From: an uncultured bacterium
Lineage (GTDB): Bacteria; Bacteroidota; Bacteroidia; Bacteroidales; CAIXTV01
Direction: 5' to 3'
Length of the DNA stretch: 64,000 bases
NCBI GenBank assembly: GCA_903922465.1
Contig: CAIXTV010000130.1
Span: 3,315-67,314, forward strand
In this document: positions 1-6,937 of the stretch, one piece after another
How positions within the stretch are numbered: position 1 is the stretch's first letter
How the letters are laid out: every line of letters starts with the position of its first letter
Notes under the pieces: generated by a model
The model's database searches: none
The model's input: only the letters and a program-made list of their open reading frames with translations
Told to the model about the DNA's origin: nothing
Position numbers and translations under genes: made by a program

Positions 1-746
1 TTATAATTATATATTGTTTGTCCTGATAAATTATTAATAGTAATTTGCTTTATATTTTGAGGCAAATAATTAAAATAGATTTTATCAGTTGTAGGTATAG
101 GATAAATTTTAATTTGATTGGCATAAAAATTGTTAATAGAATTCATTTTCGTTTTTTCTAAATATATCTTATCAATATTAGCTGCAGAAAAATTAAAAGG
201 ACTACTATAAGTACCTGAAATTTCAATTTTAGATGCATTTTCATTTGCAATAAATATGGTATCCACATAAAGCCATTTTATATCGCTTATTATGGGAGAA
301 AAAATAGAATCATTAGAATTATTAAAATTAAAATAGAATTGACAAGGCTGAGTACTTAATCCTCTAAATGTGTTCAATGATACATAATAACTTAATTTAT
401 ATATGGAATCTTTTTCTAATTGAGTGATTAATGTGGCCATTCCTGTTTCATTACTTCCAATTACAATATAAGCATTGCCTGTTGCGGCAGTATCATTATC
501 CCAATTGCATGGAATATCTCCATTTACCATTCTATCGGGTGACCCTTTTACTACAGTCCAAAAATCGGGACCTTGTATTAATTGCATGGGTATACAACTT
601 CCTCCAGTAGTATCCCATATTCCCTTTGTCCATCCTCCAGAACTACTATTAGGTCCCAATTCAAAATCCCCATTAGGGATTAAATTTTGAGAAAAAACAG
701 GAGTTAAAAGCATTGATAGGTATAATAAGAGTATTAATTTTTTCAT
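1..746 (-). CDS. A-family secreted protein, copy A0 (3' end runs off the window). Signal peptide plus CBM-like QNLIPNGDFE domain. Paralog of 1456..2337, 3017..3856 and 4536..5423.
   Basis: Absent from the ORF track because no stop lies in the window. Hand translation from the ATG (revcomp of 744-746) gives MKKLILLLYLSMLLTPVFSQNLIPNGDFELGPNSSSGGWTKGIWDTT..GPDFWTVVKGSPDRMVNGDIPCNWDNDTA.., colinear with the other A copies. Confidence 0.75.
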   Translation of the reverse strand, partial: MKKLILLLYLSMLLTPVFSQNLIPNGDFELGPNSSSGGWTKGIWDTTGGSCIPMQLIQGPDFWTVVKGSPDRMVNGDIPCNWDNDTAATGNAYIVIGSNETGMATLITQLEKDSIYKLSYYVSLNTFRGLSTQPCQFYFNFNNSNDSIFSPIISDIKWLYVDTIFIANENASKIEISGTYSSPFNFSAANIDKIYLEKTKMNSINNFYANQIKIYPIPTTDKIYFNYLPQNIKQITINNLSGQTIYNY

Positions 747-758
747 GATATTTTAATG

Positions 759-1427
759 TTAGAATTGATAAGAGAAAGTATTTTTACCTTTTAAAGCATT
801 ATTAATAATGCTATTACCGATGGCAGTTTTGGCAATACCACCATCGGCAATCTCAGGCTTGGCTTTTCGGGTTTTAAAGACACTTGCTGTACCTATGCCA
901 ACATTGCCTTCGCGTGAAAGATAATTTGAAGAATTTACCCAGCGTGACGGACCAACGATGCGCATACGCTCATAAGCATACTCATTATTATTCAAAAAAG
1001 GAAATGGTGGAGTATGAAATGTCATATCTCTGGTAGACGATTGAATGGAAAAATTATAATGATCGTCGCCAACAATATTTCCGAAGTTGCATATTTTCCC
1101 TATTTCTGCAGGATTTGGACCATTAGGCTGCCCACCTGTCCATAATCGCCATGAGTTTTGTACATTTGAAGGTCCATCGGTACGGAATAATTCACCGGGT
1201 GTAAAAAAAGTTGATGTAGGTAGAAGATTTGTATTTACATGTAATGCTGATAGAGGTGAATTTGGTGCTGTGAAATTTCCTATCCCAATAGAATTTTCTG
1301 AAGCAGGTAATAAGCTATACCAAAAATTTCCTGCTGAATTTTGGATGCTCCACTGAGCAAATAAAACTTGTGTCTGAAGGATAATTGCAATTAATACAAT
1401 ACACCCTATAATAAATTTGTTTTTCAT
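759..1427 (-). CDS. B-family secreted protein, copy B1 (222 aa). Signal peptide, IGIGNFT..LSALHVN motif, FRTDGPSNVQNSWRLWTGG core, ERMRIVGP..GNVGIGT C-terminal motif. No T9SS tail.
   Basis: ATG-started ORF 12 nt downstream of the A1 stop-to-start chain. It has three paralogs in the window. The motifs resemble the G-x-V-G-I-G-T / L-H-V heads of Bacteroidota tail-fibre-like surface proteins, but that is an inference and not a family assignment. Confidence 0.7.
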   Translation of the reverse strand: MKNKFIIGCIVLIAIILQTQVLFAQWSIQNSAGNFWYSLLPASENSIGIGNFTAPNSPLSALHVNTNLLPTSTFFTPGELFRTDGPSNVQNSWRLWTGGQPNGPNPAEIGKICNFGNIVGDDHYNFSIQSSTRDMTFHTPPFPFLNNNEYAYERMRIVGPSRWVNSSNYLSREGNVGIGTASVFKTRKAKPEIADGGIAKTAIGNSIINNALKGKNTFSYQF

Positions 1428-1455
1428 GAGATTATATTTTTTTTATGATTGAATG

Positions 1456-2337
1456 TTATTTAAATACTATTATTTTTTTTGTAATATATTTTCTGTTTGT
1501 TAAATAAATATTGATTGCATAGATACCTTCTTTAAATTCGGAAAAATCAATATTAATTTGATTTGATGATATGTGTTTAACTTCTGATATATTTAATGCT
1601 CCTGTAATATTAAATATCTGTATATCTGATATAATATATTTTTTTGAGATAATAGAAACAAATCTATTAGTTGGATTAGGGAACATAGATATAGTATTAT
1701 CAAGATCAAAAAAATTATAGATTTTTGAAGATGTTATTTTTTCAAGAAATAAATTATCAACATTTGCTCCAGTAGGTAGCCCAAATTTTATAGCTTGAAT
1801 TTTTATTTCTGAGCAAGATGTTGAAGCTATAAATATAGTATCATAGCATTCCCATTGAGTTGAAGAAATGAGTGGTGAAACTATTGTATCATTTTCAAAA
1901 ATAAAAGCAATAAGTGCTGGCGAAGAAAGTAACCCATTAAATGTCTGACGGTTTAAGCAATATCTTAAATGATATAATGAATCTTTTTCAAGAGGATTTA
2001 TTAATATAGCTTTTGCTGATTCTGTATAATTAGGGTTTCCTGTTCCACCAGATGCAAAATCAATATATGCTTTTCCTGATTGAGCAGTGTCGTTATCCCA
2101 ATTGCAAGTTGGTATGTCACCTTCAACCATTCTATCAGGAGTAGCATCAACAACAAACCAAAAATCAGGTCCATATACAATAGTTGTTGGTGAGCAGGTT
2201 GTGTCCCATACACCAATACTCCAACCGCCAGAGGAACTATCTGGTCCCAATTCAAAATCCCCGTTAGGTATAAGATTCTGAGAAAAAACACGAGTTATAA
2301 GTATTGTTATGCAAATTGAAAGTATTATTCTTTTCAT
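1456..2337 (-). CDS. A-family protein A1 (293 aa): signal peptide, CBM-like jelly-roll domain, type A T9SS C-terminal sorting domain.
   Basis: N-terminus MKRIILSICITILITRVFSQNLIPNGDFELGPDSSSGGW. The C-terminal ~80 aa (FPNPTNRFVSI...GIYAINIYLTNRKYITKKIIVFK) are typical of a Por secretion tail. Confidence 0.75.
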   Translation of the reverse strand: MKRIILSICITILITRVFSQNLIPNGDFELGPDSSSGGWSIGVWDTTCSPTTIVYGPDFWFVVDATPDRMVEGDIPTCNWDNDTAQSGKAYIDFASGGTGNPNYTESAKAILINPLEKDSLYHLRYCLNRQTFNGLLSSPALIAFIFENDTIVSPLISSTQWECYDTIFIASTSCSEIKIQAIKFGLPTGANVDNLFLEKITSSKIYNFFDLDNTISMFPNPTNRFVSIISKKYIISDIQIFNITGALNISEVKHISSNQINIDFSEFKEGIYAINIYLTNRKYITKKIIVFK

Positions 2338-2349
2338 GATATTTTATAG

Positions 2350-3012
2350 TTAGAATTTATTAGAGAAATAATTTTTGTCGATTCCAGCATTAAGAATAAT
2401 GCCCTTGCCGATAGTGGTTACAACAATGCCACTATCGGCAATCGCCGGCTTGGCTTTTCGGGTTTTAAAGACACTAATTGTGCCTATGCCAACATTACCC
2501 TCGCGTGAAATATAATTTGAAGAGTTTACCCAGCGTTGTGGTCCAACAATGCGCATTCGTTCTTTTGCAATTACCGTATAAGGCATTAAAGGCATTGTAT
2601 GAAAAGTCATATCACGAGTAGATGCTTGTATGGAAAAATTTAAAGTATCCTCAGGATGAACTGAATTAGCACCATAGCAGAAAATCATACCTTTTTCACT
2701 TGGGGTAGATACGTCTGTTTGACCTCCTGTCCAAAGACGCCAGGAGTTTAATACATTTGAAGGTCCATCGGTGCGGAAGACTTCACCAATGTTAAATATT
2801 GATGAATTAGGTATAAGATTTGAATTAACATGTAGAGCTGAAAGAGGTGATGAAGTAAAATTACCAATACCTATAGTTGTTACAGTAGAATTTGTTATAC
2901 CACAAACATTACTGCTAAGTATTGGTTGATTAAATTGACCATAACTTGAATTAATGGCTGTGCAAATTGCAACAATAGTCACAATAATTGCTATTTTAAA
3001 ATCTGATTTCAT
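2350..3012 (-). CDS. B-family secreted protein B2 (220 aa), the most diverged copy.
   Basis: Shares IGIGNFT..LSALHVN, FRTDGPSNVLNSWRLWTGGQ, NFSIQASTRDMTFHT and ERMRIVGPQRWVNSSNYISREGNVGIGT with B1 and B3. Confidence 0.7.
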   Translation of the reverse strand: MKSDFKIAIIVTIVAICTAINSSYGQFNQPILSSNVCGITNSTVTTIGIGNFTSSPLSALHVNSNLIPNSSIFNIGEVFRTDGPSNVLNSWRLWTGGQTDVSTPSEKGMIFCYGANSVHPEDTLNFSIQASTRDMTFHTMPLMPYTVIAKERMRIVGPQRWVNSSNYISREGNVGIGTISVFKTRKAKPAIADSGIVVTTIGKGIILNAGIDKNYFSNKF

Positions 3013-3016
3013 AATT

Positions 3017-3856
3017 TTATTTTATTATAAAAAGTTTTTGTTTATACGTTTTTTTGTTTTTTGATATAATGATTAAATAAATTCCAGATGACAGATATGA
3101 TATATCAATATTTTCATCCGAAGAAAGAATATGTTTTTCAAGTACAATTTTCCCAAATATATTAAGGATTTGCAGATAAGAATTTTCACCATTAATATTT
3201 CTAATAGTAATGTTATCTTTTGCGGGATTAGGATATATGTTGATATATTTCGAAAATTCAAAATAATTTAACCCATCCCATGAAATTTTTTCAAGTTTTA
3301 TATTATCAATATTTGCACCCGATTGACCAAATTTGTTATTATAAATTGTAATTTCCAAAGAATTATTCGAAGCAATAAAAATAGTGTCTGCATACCTCCA
3401 TATAGTATCATTAATTAATGGTGAATACAATGTGTCATTTACATTTGAAAATTTAAAACATAAACGAGATGGCTGATTTGAATTGCCTCTGAATGTTTGT
3501 AAAGAATATAAATAACTAAGTTTATAAACAGAATCCTTTATTAATGGAGAAGTCAAAGTCGTTTTGCCTGCATCAAAATTTACAAAATCAATATAAGCCT
3601 TTCCTGATGATGCCATATGATTATCCCAACATGGTACAATGTTACCAACTAATCTATCAGGAGTACCAGATACAACGCTCCAAAAATCTGGACCTAAAAC
3701 AGTTCCAATCATTATACATGTAATATCAACACCATTAGTCCATCCTGCAGACGTACTATCTGGTCCTAATTCAAAATCACCATTAGGAATTAAGTTCTGT
3801 GCAATAATTGGGGATATAAGTAATATTATGCAAATTAAAAGTATTATTTTTTTCAT
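3017..3856 (-). CDS. A-family protein A2 (279 aa), CBM-like domain plus T9SS type A CTD.
   Basis: QNLIPNGDFELGPDSTSAGW, GPDFWSVVSGTPDRLV, and C-terminal YPNPAKDNITI...GIYLIIISKNKKTYKQKLFIIK. Confidence 0.75.
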   Translation of the reverse strand: MKKIILLICIILLISPIIAQNLIPNGDFELGPDSTSAGWTNGVDITCIMIGTVLGPDFWSVVSGTPDRLVGNIVPCWDNHMASSGKAYIDFVNFDAGKTTLTSPLIKDSVYKLSYLYSLQTFRGNSNQPSRLCFKFSNVNDTLYSPLINDTIWRYADTIFIASNNSLEITIYNNKFGQSGANIDNIKLEKISWDGLNYFEFSKYINIYPNPAKDNITIRNINGENSYLQILNIFGKIVLEKHILSSDENIDISYLSSGIYLIIISKNKKTYKQKLFIIK

Positions 3857-3871
3857 GATTTAAAGTTAGAA

Positions 3872-4531
3872 TTAATAAAAGAAATAATTTTTGCCTTTTA
3901 AAGCATTATTAATAATGCTATTACCGATGGCAGTATTGGCAATACCACCATCGGCAATCTCAGGCTTGGCTTTTCGGGTTTTAAAGACACTTGCTGTACC
4001 TATGCCAACATTGCCTTCGCGTGAAAAATAATTTGAAGAATTTACCCAACGTGACGGACCAACGATGCGCATACGCTCATAAGCATACTCATTATTATTC
4101 AAAAAAGGATAGGGTGGAGTATGAAATGTCATATCTCTGGTAGACGATTGAATGGAAAAATTATAATGATCGTCGCCAACAATATTTCCGAAGTTGCATA
4201 TTTTCCCTATTTCTGCAGGATTTGGACCATTAGGCTGCCCACCTGTCCATAACCGCCAGGAGTTTTGTACATTTGAAGGCCCATCTGTGCGGATTAGTTG
4301 ACCAGGAGGAAAATTAAATGCTGTAGGTAAAATATTAGCATTAACATGCAAAGCTGCTTGTAATGCTGTTGAAAATGGACCAATTCCAATAGCATGAACA
4401 GTTGGTGTATTGGAAGTAATTAAAACATTATCGCCAGACAAATTAGTATAATTCCATTGTGCTATAACGAGATTATATTGCAGGGTAATTATTGCAATAA
4501 TAATTAATCCCCTAATAAATGATTTTTTCAT
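3872..4531 (-). CDS. B-family secreted protein B3 (219 aa).
   Basis: The core and C-terminal two thirds are nearly identical to B1 at nucleotide level. A CAA to TAA change removes the last two codons relative to B1. Confidence 0.7.
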   Translation of the reverse strand: MKKSFIRGLIIIAIITLQYNLVIAQWNYTNLSGDNVLITSNTPTVHAIGIGPFSTALQAALHVNANILPTAFNFPPGQLIRTDGPSNVQNSWRLWTGGQPNGPNPAEIGKICNFGNIVGDDHYNFSIQSSTRDMTFHTPPYPFLNNNEYAYERMRIVGPSRWVNSSNYFSREGNVGIGTASVFKTRKAKPEIADGGIANTAIGNSIINNALKGKNYFFY

Positions 4532-4535
4532 ATTA

Positions 4536-5423
4536 TTAAATGTTTTTGTTTAAAATAATTTTTTTTGTAAATATTGAATTTTTTGAATAAATTGAAATAT
4601 AGTATATTCCTGAATTTTGATTAACCATTGGTATTTCTGTAATTTCTTTTATCATAATAGTGTGAAAAATAACCTGACCAAGCGAATTGAAGATAATAAT
4701 TGTATGTTTTAAATTGTCATTTATTGTAACAGAAAGTATATTATTGTCTGGATTTAAGATTATTATGAAAGAAATACAATTAAATGAATTTTCTTTTATT
4801 GAAGTACTTGTATCTTCCTGTAGAGAAATATCATCAATATAAATTGGAAGTGGACTTTGATTATTCCCATGAAATTTAAATTCCGTTGAATTAGCTTGTG
4901 CTGTGAAAATTGTATCATATTTCCTCCAATCTCCATATCCAGTATAAGTAATTAATGGGGAATTAAAAGTATTTCCACCATTATTAAAAGTAAATATAAT
5001 TCCTGTTTGAGGTGAAAATCCACCTTGTTGCATCCAATAAGCAAACCATAAAGAATCTAAGCAAACAAAATATTCAAGTTTATATTTATGTCCTGCAATT
5101 ATAGAATTAATTAATGTTGTATATGCTCCATCATTTCCATTAAATTCAATATGTGATGTCCCCGAATGAGAAATAATATTGTCATAGCAATTAAAAAAAG
5201 GAGAACCATATACAAATCTGTCCGATTCACCTTCAGCTGTCCAATAATCACATCCGACCACAATAGGATTTACATTAATAACACAATCATAGCTTAATAT
5301 ATACAAAAATGTATTAGTAGAAGTATCTATTCCCTGCTCAAAATCACCATTAGGGATTAAATTCTGAGCAAAAACAGGAGTTAAAAGCATTGATAGGCAG
5401 AATAAGAGTATTAATTTTTTCAT
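4536..5423 (-). CDS. A-family protein A3 (295 aa), diverged CBM-like domain plus T9SS type A CTD.
   Basis: QNLIPNGDFEQG is retained, the signal-peptide DNA is nearly identical to A0, and the C-terminus GIYYISIYSKNSIFTKKIILNKNI is CTD-like. Confidence 0.7.
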   Translation of the reverse strand: MKKLILLFCLSMLLTPVFAQNLIPNGDFEQGIDTSTNTFLYILSYDCVINVNPIVVGCDYWTAEGESDRFVYGSPFFNCYDNIISHSGTSHIEFNGNDGAYTTLINSIIAGHKYKLEYFVCLDSLWFAYWMQQGGFSPQTGIIFTFNNGGNTFNSPLITYTGYGDWRKYDTIFTAQANSTEFKFHGNNQSPLPIYIDDISLQEDTSTSIKENSFNCISFIIILNPDNNILSVTINDNLKHTIIIFNSLGQVIFHTIMIKEITEIPMVNQNSGIYYISIYSKNSIFTKKIILNKNI

Positions 5424-5434
5424 GATATATAAAT

Positions 5435-5545
5435 TTAGAATTGATAAGAGTAAGGGTATTTGTCGTAAAAAGATTTAAGAAAAATCTTTATCCGATGGTA
5501 GTACCGGCAATACTACCATCGGCAATCGCAAATCCGGTTTTGGGC
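5435..5545 (-). pseudogene. Decayed 3' fragment of a fifth B-family gene.
   Basis: It begins with the same ttagaattgataagag as the B1 stop region. It retains tttgtcg, attaaga and atcggcaatcgc colinear with B2. No open frame remains. Confidence 0.55.
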
Positions 5546-5776
5546 AAGGCTTTGCAAATACAATCATTAATATTAATGGGTATGCAATTGTGGGTTAATA
5601 TTAATTTATAGCCGGTCATTATTAAACTTAATTTTGTTTATAAGAATATTCTTATACAAAAGGGTATAGTCTTTGCAAAATGAATTACAAAGATATAAAT
5701 TTAATTTCGATATTGTATGATAAGTTGCAAATTACAGAATCTGTCAGATTCAATTTGCAAAGGCACTTCGTAAGTT

Positions 5777-6235
5777 CTATCTAATCCCCAGAGTATCCTC
5801 AGGCATTTTATCAAAATCAACTTCTTTGGTGAGTTTTCCGGCTTCATCCCAGAATTTCCAAATGCCGATTTTCTTGCCCTCTTTATAGTGACCTATATAA
5901 TATGTATTTCCATTCGGGTGCCAAACGCTGCGTATGCTATCGTTTTGTCCGTTCTTAAAATAACCTTCGCTCCACTTTTTACCATCATCAAACCAGGCAG
6001 TCCAAAGTCCATCGCGTTGCTGATTAGAAAAACCACCTTCCATTTTCTTCTTTTGGTTAGGATGATATTCAATTTCCTTAATCAATGTTTCTTTCCCGTC
6101 GGTCGAAAAGTATTGCTCCAGTTTGGGTTTGCCATCCGGGAAAGCTTCCTTGGTTACTTTCTTAAATTTTTCGGCGCAAGAAAATAGAAAAACCAGAATT
6201 AATAGGGCAAGTAAGCGATTTAAAGGTTTATGCAT
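5777..6235 (-). CDS. MORN-variant / YwqK-like repeat lipoprotein (152 aa).
   Basis: Lipobox LVFLFSC. Repeated G-x-W-x-x-(W/Y)-x-x-x-G motifs (DGLWTAWFDDGKKWSEGYFKNGQ, GHYKEGKKIGIWKFWDEAGKL). Confidence 0.6.
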   Translation of the reverse strand: MHKPLNRLLALLILVFLFSCAEKFKKVTKEAFPDGKPKLEQYFSTDGKETLIKEIEYHPNQKKKMEGGFSNQQRDGLWTAWFDDGKKWSEGYFKNGQNDSIRSVWHPNGNTYYIGHYKEGKKIGIWKFWDEAGKLTKEVDFDKMPEDTLGIR

Positions 6236-6254
6236 AAGGTAAGAAGCAAGAGAA

Positions 6255-6923
6255 TTATTTCTTTTTATATTCTTCGTTAAGTTGTTTCAACACATCTTTG
6301 GTAATGTTGTGCTTTTCGTTTGCAAACAAAATACCACCCCCTTTTGAAAACCCAAGAATGAAATCGTATTTCTTACTATTGTTCATACGATGAACAATAT
6401 TGATAATGCTATCCTGCACTCTGTAGTTCATTTCAAGTTCTTGCTGACCCAACAAATGGGTGTATTTATCGCTGAGTTCCATAATATCCTGACGCTCCTT
6501 CATAAGCTTGCTTTCAGCGTTTTTAGCTTGTTCGTCGCTTATTCTTTTTTTCAGAAGATTATCCTGATAGTTTTTCACCTTAGCCTCAAAACTCTGTTGT
6601 TTAGAAGTAACTTCAGCTTCGAGTATCACTTTTTTCTTTTCAAGATCAGTCTTGAGTTCCTTCACCATATCATAATTCTCGATAAGGGTATCTGAATTCA
6701 CATAAGCGATATTGTTATTTCCAATTCCACCTGAGGATGTTGCACTCGACGAAGAGTTATCTTTCACAGTCCTGAAAAAGAAAATATAAAGAATAAGCAC
6801 CGCAAACAAAAGAACCCCATTAAAGATTAAACTTAAACGCAATTGTTTGCTTAAGCGATTCAAGGTTTCAATTTCGATTGAGGAATTAATAGGAATTTCA
6901 TCCTGCATGTTAATATCTTCCAT
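6255..6923 (-). CDS. OmpH/Skp-like periplasmic chaperone with an N-terminal membrane anchor.
   Basis: A coiled-coil-rich ~170 aa region begins NIAYVNSDTLIENYDMVKELKTDLEKKK, typical of OmpH family. It lies 14 nt downstream of recQ. Confidence 0.6.
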   Translation of the reverse strand: MEDINMQDEIPINSSIEIETLNRLSKQLRLSLIFNGVLLFAVLILYIFFFRTVKDNSSSSATSSGGIGNNNIAYVNSDTLIENYDMVKELKTDLEKKKVILEAEVTSKQQSFEAKVKNYQDNLLKKRISDEQAKNAESKLMKERQDIMELSDKYTHLLGQQELEMNYRVQDSIINIVHRMNNSKKYDFILGFSKGGGILFANEKHNITKDVLKQLNEEYKKK

Positions 6924-6937
6924 AATTTGATTGATTA

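Noticed and set aside
475-3863. Conserved plus-strand ORFs antisense to the A and B genes (475..690, 1087..1356, 2087..2281, 3639..3863). All end in ..GPNSKSPLGI(K/R)F.
   Set aside because: They mirror the conserved NLIPNGDFELGP region of the sense genes. Several start at non-ATG codons, and their conservation is fully explained by the opposite strand.
759-5545. A diversity-generating retroelement, with the variable 3' gene end, hairpin and non-coding copy acting as a template repeat.
   Set aside because: No reverse transcriptase is in the window. The non-coding copy at 5435-5545 differs from the coding copies by indels and all substitution types, not adenine-specific changes. The most variable part of B is N-terminal, not C-terminal.
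5777-6235. A YwqK-type antitoxin from a toxin-antitoxin pair.
   Set aside because: It has a lipoprotein signal (exported). No toxin gene is adjacent. MORN-variant repeat lipoproteins are common stand-alone proteins in Bacteroidota.
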